NCBI RefSeq assembly: GCF_037042905.1
Contig: NC_087252.1
Coordinates: 6,202,001-6,266,000 of the forward strand
Length of the DNA stretch: 64,000 nt
Origin: Lytechinus pictus
Lineage: Eukaryota
Reading direction: 5' to 3'
The notes under the pieces are model-generated. The model saw only the letters and a list, made by a program, of their open reading frames with translations, was not told the DNA's origin and ran no database searches. The position numbers and the translations under genes were made by a program. Shown piece by piece: positions 38,276 to 51,219 of the stretch. Every line of letters starts with the position of its first letter. Positions within the stretch are counted from its first letter, which is position 1.

Positions 38276-39440
38276 CGTAGTGGGCAAGTCAAATGAATAC
38301 TAAAAATAAATTATTAAAAAATCCTAGCTATATATGATTATACAAATAAACAACATGAGAAATGCACTGGTCAGTTTTGTCCACTGTGGCAAGACTTTCA
38401 CCATTTCCCTTTACCCAGCATGCACTTTCCTACGGCTGCTTCTGTGAAGCCTGCTGGAATGTACAGTAACAGCAAGTAGAGGACCCTTCCTAGACCCTGA
38501 CATGCTTCCAATTGGGTTCCTCATGTCGTTTCCTGATGTAGGTATTCCACGCCTATGATTGACCTTACTGGGCCAGTTCCTTGAATTTTCCTGTCATATA
38601 ATTCATATACAAGCATTACATTGGTGTAATGTGCCTCCAGTTGTTTGCATGACATTGACATAGTTTCCAGACGATTTTGTCTGGTAATTTGAATATTCCT
38701 AAAAGAAAAGTGTTCAGGGACTCTCATTTCTGACCTAGCATATAGCAATGAAGTGATTCTGTACCCTTTTGTCAAATAAAGTTCATATTTCTTTAATGCC
38801 AAACTTATGATGTTTCTTCAGCGGCATTCTGTAAAAAAAAATGTGACCAACTCCCTCATGAATTTCAGGTTTTTTCAACTGTGTACATACAAAAATACAT
38901 GTATCTAGCATTTTTTATAGGGATTTTCATTGAAATATGCTCAAAGCACCCTTCTCTATAACCTAATATGATTTTTATTTCATTATCACAGAAAGCATAC
39001 ATAATCTGTGTTTTGATAACCTACCCCTCATTTTCAATTTTAATGAAATTTATTTAGACATTGATATGGTATCATGAAAACCTGTTGCTTGATTTCAGTA
39101 TCATTCCCATATTCAAGATTAGCCCCAGGAATGCTAGCATAACTGGAGCATTAAATTCATGGCCAAGCTTAGTCGATTGCTGCAGTCGATGAGAGAAAAT
39201 TTCCTCCTGATTCATCTCCCAAGCAGTAATCACTTTTTTTGAAATATTTCTTTGGATACAAGGGTCATCAAATCTCAGTGACCACCTGACATGAGTTGCA
39301 GGTCACATGATCAAGATTAAGGAACTTTAACAATATTGGGGGGTTTTTTCCTGTAATAATCCTGTAATTCATGTTATCCGTTTGCATGTAATTCCTTGGG
39401 ACATATTGTGTGTCAATTGGGAACGATATGATGAAATTAA

Positions 39441-40525
39441 TTAAAGGGGATAGAATTGCCTTATGCTATTAACGATCTCCCCAAATTTGTTTGGGCCTAC
39501 ATTGTTCCTCCACATGAACTCATCAAGGTAAGATGGGAAAGGGCCCAGGACATACTGTGCTGACGCCACAATTTTCTCTTTGCACGCATCAATGTGCCCT
39601 CGATTGTATTGTTGTGAAGCCAATCATGGATGGGATCAACAAAATGACTTTCGTGAATGACCATATCTTATAGATAAACCTTGTTATTCTGCTGATCAAG
39701 ATGGTGGTATGCCGCCCAACCATCTCTTATGATGTGAGTTCCAGGCAAGCACCATTTGTGGATAATGGGCTCAAGTGTGCCCCAGTTCCTTCTAGGGACA
39801 ACCTGGAGTTGGCATCTACCACTACCACGCTCCACGGTGCCAAACATCCGATGGCCTTCATGGTACTGGCCCCGATGGTACTACCTATGTAAATATTTGC
39901 TTTCGTCAATCTCGACAATGAGTGGATTGCCCATATCGTCGAATCCGCCAAGTTGACGGAAATTTGCTATGAGATGTTGGCTACAAACTTCCCTTATCGT
40001 ATCCTCAATAATGGATGACTCCCTCTGGATGACTTCTGGATGACTTCTAAGTGCACATCCTCTGACCGCAAAAATATGAACACAAGTGTGCCCCTGTCCC
40101 TTCTAGGGACAACCTGGAGTTGGCATCTACCACTTCCACGCTCCACGGCGCCAAACATCCGATGGCCTTCATGGTACTGGCCCCGATGCTACTTCCTATG
40201 TAAATATTTGCTTTCGTCAATCTCGACAATGATTGGATTGCCCATATCGTCGAATCCGCCAAGTTGACGGAAATTTGCTATGAGATGTTGGCTACAAACT
40301 TCCCTTATCGTATCCTCAATAATGGATGACTCCCTCTGGATGACTTCTAAGTGCACATCCTCTGACCGTAAAAATATGAACATTATTAACTGGTTTAACG
40401 ACAAATGACTATGGGGAAAAAAGACCCCATCCAGATGCTTTTTTTTGCGATAGCACTTGTGGCATTGCCACTGCCAACCGTCAATGCCATAGCTAGCAGC
40501 TTTTTTGGACCACACATTGCATAGT
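39441..40525 (-). pseudogene. Merlin transposase, copies 5 and 6 (internal tandem duplication, junction near 40081)
   Basis: The VEIDES-GAVER segment occurs twice (~39770-40080 and ~40082-40380); N-terminal WQWQCHKC knuckle. Confidence 0.85.
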
Positions 40526-40529
40526 TTGC

Positions 40530-41290
40530 AAGTAAAATGAATACTAGAAAATTAATAAATAAAAACTTCTAGCTTTGTATGACTATACATTTTATAAACA
40601 ACATGAGGAATGCACTGGTCAGTTTTGTCCACTATGGTAACACTTTCACCATTTCACGTAACCCAGCGTGCACTTTCCTCCGGCTGCTTCTGTGAAGCCT
40701 GCTGGAATGTACAGTAGAGGACCCTTCCTAGACCCTGACATGCTTCCAATCGGGTTCCTCATGTCGTTTAATGATGTAGGTATTCCACGCCTATGATTGA
40801 CCTTACTGGGCCAGTTACTTGAATTTTCCTGTCATATAATTAATTTACAAGCATTAAATTGGTGTAAAAATTATACATAGCAATGTGCCTCCAGTTGTTT
40901 GCATGACAGTGTCATAGTTTCAGACAATTTTGTCGGGTAATTTGGATATTCCTGAAAAAAAACGTTCAGGACTCTTATTTCTGACCCAGCAAATTGCAAT
41001 GAAATGATTGTGTACCCTATTGTCTCGCAAAGTTCGTATTTCTTAATGCTAAATTTATTATGTTTCTTCAGCGGCATGCATTGAATCGTCCCAGCACGAC
41101 CCCATCCCTTCCTTCAACAATTTTCAAGTTCTGATATGGTAAATAGTGCTTGTAGAATGCCGCATTGAAGTGTTCATAAACATATTGAACCTTTCGCCCA
41201 GGGTTGCACTTTTGTCCTCACAATTATAAAAATGAATCACATTTCAGTCCATACAGCTGAAAGTTTGATGGTATCACAATCGAAGCTAAA
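40530..41290 (-). pseudogene. piggyBac-type transposase remnant; shorter copies at ~34780-35225, 35940-36505 and 38280-38830
   Basis: IHFYN...ERFNMFYEHFNAAFYKHYLPYQNLKIVE, then GRAGTIQCMPLKKHNKFSIKKYELCETIGY, then TGPVRS; resembles the piggyBac pattern LHF..F..Y.P.QNLSIDE...QYMPxK..KFGIK..LC..GY...GTVR. Confidence 0.7.
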
Positions 41291-42145
41291 ATAGAGTTGT
41301 TTCTTAGTATCTGATGATATGTAGAGATGAAATCCAGATGCTTAGTCATTATTGGAGGCCAACCTAATCTTGAAGTATTAAGTGTCATGGCATGTCAAAA
41401 AGAAGGCAGTCAGCTCAGTTAAAGAGAGTATCAACAACAACATGTTCTTTCCATGGTAATTGCTTGTTCAATTATCTTTACCACAATCTTGAGGGGTAGT
41501 TAATAGAAGACAGAGATATTAATTTGCTTGAATACAACTTCTTTCATATCATCTTTGAAATCATCATCCGTTATGACATCACCTGTGTTGTTTATCACTT
41601 ATTCCTTCCGATATCGCAAATGCTTACCTCAGTTACACCTTTACTATTTTTACCAAAACATATATCAGACATGACAATCATTTCTTCCTCATCACTGTTA
41701 TCACTCTTTAACACACATTTGTCATATGTAGCATTTATCACTCCTTTGTAAAGTTCATACGACAAGGACTTGTTATTATGATTAATTATCATTACCCAAT
41801 CGCTCCTGCACTCATTTTCATACAAGAGAAGAACCTTGTATCATATGTTAGAAATTTGAAATAATCATGATTTATTAACTTGCTATTCCCTGGAATTTAT
41901 ATCCCTTTCTTCCTCGCACCCTTTTGCTATCATGAAATATATGACCCCAGTATCCTACCAATCATTCATCGATCGTCCAAGTCATGATGCAGCACTTAAT
42001 GCTAGTAGAATGCGGCATTGAAATGTTCATATACAAATCAAGCCTTGTTCCTGTGCTTGTTGACATAAGACCGTCTTGGGATTGTTGTATTTCATGTAGT
42101 TCCTTGGGACATTTATATGGCAATTGGGGAAGGATATGAAGCTAA

Positions 42146-42680
42146 CTAAACGGGATAAAATTGCCTGATGCTATTCATATTCTCACCGAATTAGTTCGGT
42201 CCTAACTTAACAGTATTTCTCCACATGAACTCATCAAGGTAAGATGGGAATAGGACTCTGGATGTGCCATGCTGACGCCAGAATTTCCTCTTTGCACGCA
42301 TGAATGTGCCCTCGATTGTATTGGTGTGGAGCCAATCATGGATGGGATCAACAAAATGACGTTCTCGAATGACCATATCATGTAGATAAACCCCGTTATT
42401 AAGCTGATCAAGATGGTGGCATGCCGCCCAACTATCACTTATGACGTAAGTTCCAGGCAAGCACCATTTGTGGATCATGGATTCCAGTGTGCCCCAGTTC
42501 CTTCTAGGGACAACCTGGAGGAGGTGTCTGCCAGTACAACGCTCCATGGCGCCAAACACCCAATGGCCTTTATGGCCATTCGTTGGTCCAATAGATCGAC
42601 ACCTCCCATACAACAATTGTAAACAAAATCAAACACCATGTTTACCCATCCCAGTAAGATTGTGATGGACAGCCTGCGCA
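42146..42680 (-). pseudogene. Chimeric fragment: piggyBac motif joined to Merlin transposase copy 7
   Basis: VYNCCMGGVDLLDQ (piggyBac YNxxMGGVDxxD, ~42580-42630) runs into HKGHWVFGAMER...ISDSWAA...NTIEGT..YLDEFMWR (Merlin). Confidence 0.8.
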
Positions 42681-43361
42681 CTTGGGTCATAGAATGAAAT
42701 GCATAGAGAGTGGAACTTGGCACTAAATTTCATTTTTCGACAATTTCAATTTTTCTAAAAATTTTGGTAATCCATTCAAATATCTGAAGTATATGAGTAT
42801 CAAACAGAAAGATGCAATACAGGAAAAAACATATATACAAATTTCCTTGGATCCAACACCCCCTAATGAGCTATCCCGTTAGCATGCTCTGGGTAAATCT
42901 ATCAAAAGAAACACTTTTCGCCATTAGAAACCTCAAGAAGAATTTTGGTCAAACTCCTTTCTAACGGCCTGATAGAAAAGAATTTGACAAATTTCTTTTG
43001 AGATGTTGTATTTTGAAATTTGAGACATTCTGATTATAATTTGTACTTTCATTTAAACTAATATTTCAACTTTTCTTCTCTCTACTGTGGACCTAAAATT
43101 GTTGCCAGTTATGTTTCTCTTTCAATAAAACTTTAACAATTGTCACCTAGGAAGGAGAAGTTTATCAATCTGCCCAAGAAATTGCTGTGCTTCGGCTGCC
43201 GGGCCCAGGTGAGCCTAGCCTAGAATGAATTCTTGAAGTTTCAGAGTGATGAGAATTATAAGCCGAAAATAATTTTGTAAAACCCATGATTACCAAAATG
43301 TTTAGGCCTACCAAGTTCTTCCAGTGTAGTTGGACGGCCATGCCAAGAGAAGTTTTTTTCT

Positions 43362-46300
43362 ATTTCCATAATACATAGTTTAAGCAGGTTGTGGGTGGGA
43401 GAAGGTGGCCTGTGAATAATGTGCCTACTGGGCTTTGCCCCTTAAACTGTAGGTGAACGGCGACGCCCAGTCAGTTTTCAATTTTTTTTTTTTTTCTCTC
43501 TTTTTTTAGCTTTCATAATACATAGTTTAAGTAGATTCTGGCTGGGATAAGGTGGCCTGTGAATAATGTGCCTACTGGGCTTTGTCCCTTAAACTGTAGG
43601 TGAACGGCGACGCCCAGTCAGGTTTTTTTTTTGGCATTGTTTTATAATAGTTTTCATAAAACACAGTTTAAGGAGATTTTGGCTGGGAGATGGTGGCCTG
43701 TGAATAATGTGCCTACTGGGCTTTGCCCCTTAAACTGTAGGTGAACGGCGACGCCCAGTCAGGTTTTTTTTTTGCATTGTTATATAATAGTTTTCATAAA
43801 ACACAGTTTAAGTAGATTCTGGCTGGGAGATGGTGGCCTGTGAATAATGTGCCTACTGGGCTTTGCCCCTTAAACTAGGTGAACGGCGACACCCAGTCAG
43901 TTTTTACATTTTTAATAATTTTTCTCTCTTTTTTTTTAGCTTTCATGATACATAGTTTAAGTAGATTCTGGGTGGGAGAAGGTGGCCTGTGAATAATGTG
44001 CCTACTGGGCTTTGCCCCTTAAACTGTAGGTGAACGGCGACGCCCAGTCAGTTTTCAATTTTTTTTAATTTTTCTCTCTTTTTTTTAGCTTTCATAATAC
44101 ATAGTTTGAGTAGATTCTGGCTGGGAGAAGGTGGCCTGTGAATAATGTGCCTACTGGGCTTTGCCCCTTAAACTGTAGGTGAACGGCGACGCCCAGTCAG
44201 TTTTCAATTTTTTTTAATTTTTCTCTCTTTTTTTTAGCTTTCATAATACATAGTTTGAGTAGATTCTGGCTGGGATAAGGTGGCCTGTTAATAATGTGCC
44301 TACTGGGCTTTGTCCCTTAAACTGTAGGTGAACGGCGACGCCCAGTCAGGTTTTTTTTTTTTGCATTGTTTTATAATAGTTTTCATAAAACACAGTTTAA
44401 GTAGATTTTGGCTGGGAGATGGTGGCCTGTGAATAATGTGCCTACTGGGCTTTGTCCCTTAAACTGTAGGTGAACGGCGACGCCCAGTCAGGTTTTTTTT
44501 TGCATTGTTATATAATAGTTTTCATAAAATACAGTTTAAGTAGATTTTGGCTGGGAGATGGTGGCCTGTGAATAATGTGCCTACTGGGCTTTGCCCCTTA
44601 AACTGTAGGTGAACGGCGACGCCCAGTCAGGTTTTTTTTTGCATTGTTATATAATAGTTTTCATGAAACACAGTTTAAGTAGATTCTGGCTGGGAGATGG
44701 TGGCCTGTGAATAATGTGCCTACTGGGCTTTGCCCCTTGAACTAGGTGAACGGCGACACCCAGTCAGTTTTTACATTTTTTATAATTTTTCTCTCTTTTT
44801 TTTTAGCTTTCATGATACATAGTTTAAGTAGATTCTGGCTGGGAGAAGGTGGCCTGTGAATAATGTGCCTACTGGGCTTTGCCCCTTAAACTGTAGGTGA
44901 ACGGCGACGCCCAGTCAGTTTTTACATTTTTCATAACTTTTCTCTCTTTTTTTTAGCTTTCATGATACATAGTTTGAGTAGATTCTGGCTGGGAGAAGGT
45001 GGCCTGTGAATAATGTGCCTACTGGGCTTTGTCCCTTAAACTGTAGGTGAACGGCGACGCCCAGTCAGGTTTTTTTTTTGGCATTGTTTTATAATAGTTT
45101 TCATAAAACACAGTTTAAGTAGATTTTGGCTGGGAGATGGTGGCCTGTGAATAATGTGCCTACTGGGCTTTGTCCCTTAAACTGTAGGTGAACGGCGACG
45201 CCCAGTCAGGTTTTTTTTTGCATTGTTATATAATAGTTTTCATAAAATACAGTTTAAGTAGATTTTGGCTGGGAGATGGTGGCCTGTGAATAATGTGCCT
45301 ACTGGGCTTTGCCCCTTAAACTGTAGGTGAACGGCGACGCCCAGTCAGGTTTTTTTTTGCATTGTTATATAATAGTTTTCATAAAACACAGTTTAAGTAG
45401 ATTCTGGCTGGGAGATGGTGGCCTGTGAATAATGTGCCTACTGGGCTTTGCCCCTTAAATTAGGTGAACGGCGACACCCAGTCAGTTTTTACATTTTTTA
45501 TAATTTTTCTCTCTTTTTTTTTAGCTTTCATGATACATAGTTTAAGTAGATTCTGGCTGGGAGAAGGTGGCCTGTGAATAATGTGCCTACTGGGCTTTGC
45601 CCCTTAAACTGTAGGTGAACGGCGACGCCCAGTCAGTTTTTACATTTTTCATAACTTTTCTCTCTTTTTTTTAGCTTTCATGATACATAGTTTGAGTAGA
45701 TTCTGGCTGGGAGAAGGTGGCCTGTGAATAATGTGCCTACTGGGCTTTGTCCCTTAAACTGTAGGTGAACGGCGACGCCCAGTCAGGTTTTTTTTTTTGG
45801 CATTGTTTTATAATAGTTTTCATAAAACACAGTTTAAGTAGATTTTGGCTGGGAGATGGTGGCCTGTGAATAATGTGCCTACTGGGCTTTGCCCCTTAAA
45901 CTGTAGGTGAACGGCGACGCCCAGTCAGGTTTTTTTTTTTGCATTGTTATATAATAGTTTTCATAAAACATAGTTTAAGTAGATTCTGGCTGGGAGAAGG
46001 TGGCCTGTGAATAATGTGCCTACTGGGCTTTGCCCCTTGAACTAGGTGAACGGCGACACCCAGTCAGTTTTTACATTTTTTATAATTTTTCTCTCTTTTT
46101 TTTTAGCTTTCATGATACATAGTTTAAGTAGATTCTGGCTGGGAGATGGTAGCCTGTTAATAATGTACCTACTGGGCTTGCCCCTTAAACTGTAGGTGAA
46201 CGGCAACGCCCAGTCATTTTTTTTTTTTTTGCATTGTTTTATAATAGTTTTCATAAAACACAGTTTAAGTAGATTCTGGCTAGGACATGGTGGCCTGTGA

Positions 46301-47390
46301 ATAATGTGCCTACTGGGCTTTGTCCCTTAAACTGTAGGTGAACGGCAACGCCCAGTCAGTTTTTTTTTTCCATTGTTTTATAATAGTTTTCATAAAACAC
46401 AGTTTTAAGTAGATTCTGGCTGGGAGATGGTGGCCTGTGAATAATGTGCCAACTGGGCTTTGCACCTTGTACTGTAGGTGAATGGCGATGCCCAGTCAGT
46501 TTTTACATTTTTATTTAAAAAAATTTAGCTTTCATAATGCATAGTTTAAGTAGGTTCTGTCTGGGAGATGGTGGCCTGTGAATAATGTGCCTACTGGGCT
46601 TTGTCCCTTAAACTGTAGGTGAACAACGACGCCCAGTCAGTTTTTTTTTTTTTGGAATTGTTTTATAATAGTTTTCATAAAACACAGTTTTAAGTAAATT
46701 CTCGCTGGGAGATGGTGGCCTGGGAATAATGTGCCTACTGGGCTTTGTCCCTTAAACTGTAGGTGAACGGCGACGCCCAGTCAGTTTTTTTTTGCGTTGT
46801 TTTATAATAGTTTTCATAAAACACAGTTTAAGTAGATTCTGGCTGGGAGATGGTGGCCTGTGAATAATGTGCCTACAGGGCTTGCCCCTTAAATGTAGGT
46901 GAACGGCAACACCCTGTCATTTTTTTTTTTTTGCATTGTTATATAATAGTTTTCATAATACATAGTTTAAGTAGATTCTGGCTGGGAGAAGGTGGTCTGT
47001 GGATAATGTGCCTTCTGGGCTTTGCCCCTTAAACTAGGTGAACGGCGACGCCCAGTTTTTACATTTTTCATAATTTTTTTTATAGCTTTCATATTACATA
47101 GTTTAAGAAGATTCTGGCTGGGAGATGGTGGCCTGTGAATAATGTGCCTACTGGGCTTTGCCCCTTAAACTGTAGGTGAACGGCCAGGCCCAGTCAGTTT
47201 TTACATTTTTTCGTAATTTTTTTTAGCTTTCATAATACATAGTTAAAGTAGATTCAGGCTGGGAGATTGTGGCCTGTGAATTAAGGGCATACCGGACTGT
47301 GCCCCTTGTGAACCGCAATCTCTAATCGGGTTTTTTTAATTTGTGATAAGTTTTCGACTAGGTTTTGGCTGAGAGATGGTGGCCTGGGAA
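43362..47390. repeat. Satellite array of about 27-29 monomers of 140-150 bp
   Basis: Core GGTGGCCTGTGAATAATGTGCCTACTGGGCTTTGCCCCTTAAACTGTAGGTGAACGGCGACGCCCAGTCAG recurs at 43404, 43551, 43692, 43832, 43981 and onward to ~47127, degenerate at ~47270 and ~47378. Confidence 0.98.
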
Positions 47391-47809
47391 TTTATTTGCC
47401 AAAATTATTTCAACTCATTCTTCTTAACACATACTGGTTGATATGCAAGGCTGTATCTTTGCAACCGTTTGACCTTGGGAAGATTTCATATGAGTTTAAA
47501 GAAAATCAAGTGACACCAGTTTGATGATTTGACGTAGATTGATCCATGAAAAAAAAATTATTACATGCCTCTATTGTTTGTAATCTTTATTTAGCTGGCT
47601 GAACTGACTGAACCTGGTTCTTACCATTGGCTTGGCATCTGTGACCACTTCATACAACGCAAGGAAGTTGTAGAACGTTGTCAACTATTTCGGGAATTCT
47701 AGTGTACATATATTTTGCTGAAGTCTTGATGTAAAAGAGTGATGACATAAGTTAAAGTTACAAGTTGAAAATAATTTGATAAAACGAATGATTGCCAAAA
47801 TGTTTAGGC

Positions 47810-48720
47810 CTACTGAGTAATTATGTTCAATGTAGTTGCCATAGGGACTGGATGCTGGACCTCATTCACAAAGTCACGAAGACAGTACAGATGAAAATGA
47901 GCATCAATTCCCCATAGAGCGAATCTGGGTACTGGTGGGTTATTGGGGCCCAAGTCTGGTATACCTCTCCCTGGCTGAGGCACAGGTTGAGGGGTTGACA
48001 TCAGGGTCACAGACTCCTGAGCCAATTGTCCTGAACTAGACGCAGGTCTCAACGAAATCTGTGATAGTCTTCCTTGAACCTCTCTCAACTCGGCAATAGG
48101 CTTTCGCTGGTTATCAGAGAGTAGGTCCAGCAGGAAAACCAAAGGTCGGTAGTGAATCAACGCTGCTGGCGAGTTCAGTCTAGGCTCGAGAGCCAGATCC
48201 ACTTTTTGCCACTTATGATGGTCAATCATGGCCTGCATCTCAAACAGATTCTCCTTGGTCTACCAAGGAGTCTCTGCATGCCACCGTGAATTAACAAGCT
48301 CTACACGCACGAACTGCTACCAAAAGAGAGACATCGTAGGACGCAAGTCCCCTACCTCTTCCAGTAGCAGGACCGAAGTACCTACTGATGAGAGGGGTAA
48401 CACCCACTCTCCTTCCCAACAGGGTCCTATTGCCAAAGGCAACAGGGGGGGGGGGCACTTCTTGCCGGTCTACACCATCCAAACCCTGGATTATAGGGAT
48501 TCGGAGGAGTAGCCGCAGCCGAAGAGCTGGGGTTCTTCTTCCCGGCCCCTTTCTTCAGCCACCACCTTTACTTGCCGTTCTTGTACTCCTGTTTTTCTTT
48601 GGGAGTAAGTCTCTGCAGGTGGGATTGTTCCGAAGGCTAACTAGGTTGGGCAGCCCCAGCAGTCTTCTTTAGGAGTTTACTGGGCCCAACTGAAGGGTGA
48701 GCCAACGGAACTCCATTTGG
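47810..48720 (-). pseudogene. Fragment of a repeat-associated protein ending at a TatD-like N-terminal motif
   Basis: GC-rich degraded ORF with LNSPAALIHYRPLVFLLDLL and GIDAHFHL (compare TatD IDxHxHL); truncated just after the motif. Confidence 0.4.
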
Positions 48721-48977
48721 AAATTTTCGCTTCGGCGATACCTTTCATTATTTTGATTTAATTGTTATTGCCATCATCATTCACTTACTAGTAGTATTTA
48801 ATAGCAGTGTACCTCCCCCCTCCCCAAGTAAGGAAAATTAGACAAATTTATGAATTCAGTCAATAATATTAATTAAATTCGTATATCTAAATAGTTATCT
48901 TGCAATGATTGCAATGATATACCTAATGACAAATATATAATTTTTTTTTTACTTTGCTACATGAAAAAATTTCAACA

Positions 48978-49290
48978 TCACATGATATAAAAGGAAGTTA
49001 CATTTTTAATGTAATCTTTGGTTTTCCCTAAACCCACTCTTGCCATGTGTTTGCCCCACTCACATATCTGTGTCTCTTTCACTCTCGTCAGGATAGGCAG
49101 AGGTCCCTGTCTTGTCTCTACAGGTGTTTTTCTTGTTGGTTTGTCATGGAGAGTTGACTTTGGGATACCGTACGCGGCTGACGCTTCCCTTATAGAAAGT
49201 TCTCCCAAGTCAACTCACCGTAGTGCCTTGATAAGGTCGTTATGGTTCCAATTTTTAACTTTTCTTTTCGTGCGAGTGCATTATTGGTCA
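48978..49290 (-). pseudogene. psq-type HTH / CENP-B-like N-terminus of a pogo/Fot1-like transposase
   Basis: WNHNDLIKALR*VDLGELSIREASAAYGIPKSTLHDK...GPLPILT..KETQICEW..HMARVG. Confidence 0.75.
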
Positions 49291-49339
49291 GCATCATAAT
49301 TAGGTCAATACAAGCCGAGGTGGATATTTTTTAGTCTAA

Positions 49340-50310
49340 TTCCTCACTATCTTGTTATGTTCTGGCTTTGTAGCAGCGAGGAGCTGCGCAGTTTCCCATC
49401 CCTCCTACATCTGGCCACTTCCTGCCAATTGGATGTGGCATCACTACTTGTATTGGAATCACATTCATGATATCAGTGATCTTGAACACCCATGCCAAAT
49501 GCCTTTGCTGTGACCAATACTCGAACTATATTTGTAGGAGACTTGAAGTTGTTTAACAAAAGTTTCTTGTCAATTTCCTCGTCTTCTCCATGAAATTTAC
49601 TTACGAGCTTAATTTTTGGTACATCAGCAAATAATTTCTTGTCCAAAGCAAGAAATAGCATGGTAGATGTACAGTTTTTTTTTGCTATCAGCAGTGTTTT
49701 GTTGGACTTTTTTTTCTTTTATCCATCAACTCTTGAATAAGCCACTTCAATGCTTCTTTTGTATCAGGAGCATCAATGATATAAAAAAGTGTTTGGGTGG
49801 TCAGGGAAGCACAAATAAAAGTAGGCTTGAGAGATAAAAGTGGAATAATATCATAATGAATCTTATTGGTTATTGTAGCTGAGGGATGAATCCTTGCACC
49901 ACATTTGTATGAAGATACAATGATTTCCTTTTTGAAACACAGATGAGGTCTAAATCGTGATGGCCGTGGGTCCCTTTGACATTGCACGGCAGCCTTTCCT
50001 GGTGCATGAAGAACAAATTAACTGCCTTTTGCGCGAGTGTGATTTCGGTGGACGTCATGATTTGGTCGATGTTTCAAGCTGAGGTTGATGTTTCTGAGTC
50101 AAATTCCTCACCATCTTGTACATGTTCTGCCTTTGTGGCAGCGAGGAGCTGTATGGTTTCCTATCCTTGCTATATCTGCCCACTTCCTGTCAGTAAGATA
50201 TAGCATTGCTACTTGGACTTCAATTAATTACATTCATGATATAAGTAATGTGAAAACCCATGCCAACTGCCTTTGTTGCGACCAATACTCCAACGGATCT
50301 TGTAGGAGAC
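49340..50310 (-). pseudogene. RecQ-like SF2 helicase fragments (two copies: ~49340-49945 and ~50160-50310), AcademH-type
   Basis: SAT (motif III), SKFHG, RVLVTAKAFGMGV (motif V) and WQEVARC (motif VI), with frameshifts. Confidence 0.65.
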
Positions 50311-51109
50311 TTTGTTTATAATTATCATGGTTAAGGTTTAATTACCTTGAAAACTTGTTCTGTTTTTCAAAGTTACCTGTTGTTTTCATAAATTTTGTGT
50401 GTGGTCTATATCCATTTTGAAACTGCAATGCATATTTCTTCTTCCTTTCATCATGGGGAGGAACAGCCACTCCACCACCCCTCCCCCTAGCTATGTAGCA
50501 GTTATAATTCATGAAATGTAAAAATTACTTGAACTTTATTACTTGAATCTTGAACTCACGACACCCCATTTGTGTTATGTCACAATTGAATAGTGCACCT
50601 ATCGGTAATCAAATGGTCATAACTAAAATAAATGAAAATAACCCTATCCTTACAAAACTATATTTTTTCAGAAGAAAATTTCATGAGGATTCCATAAATG
50701 GCATTAAATGAGGTAGATGAATTGCTAACATATTATGAGTGGACATTTTACAACCCCGAACATACTTTATTTCAAACATTCATATTTTTTCCTCTTTGCC
50801 CATATCATTAATTACTTAACATTTTTGTATTGCTTATTATTTAGATGATATATAACTTAAAGGGATTCATTCATTTCATAAAGATCATATTGATATGCAA
50901 ATTTATGTAAATTTTTAATATCCAAAACTGACATTTCTTTTCTGTTGTTGCTTTACTTTCTGAAAAATCATAATAAATGAAGGACTCTTTGATGTGTACA
51001 GAGGTGTATTGTTATGCCCATTATATTAAAGGACAAGTCCATCCCACAAAAAGTTGATTTGACTAAAAAGAGAAAAATCCATTAAGCATGACACTGAAAA
51101 TTTCATCCA

Positions 51110-51185
51110 AATTGTTAGAAGCAGTATCTTATACATGTATTTTATGCGTTGTTCTACGGGAAGCCAGTGAAGGTTTTTTAAGTAC
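51110..51185 (-). pseudogene. Small L2/CR1 LINE ORF2 fragment
   Basis: LKNLHWLPVEQRIKYMYKILLL matches the LHWLPVxxRIxYKI motif. Confidence 0.65.
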
Positions 51186-51219
51186 ATGTAGTTGGTTACA
51201 TTTTTTTTAAAGAAATCGA

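Noticed and set aside
43362..47390. CRISPR-like array (conserved repeat plus variable spacer)
   Set aside because: The linkers are two recurring T-rich variants, not unique spacers; the context is eukaryotic and there are no cas-like genes.
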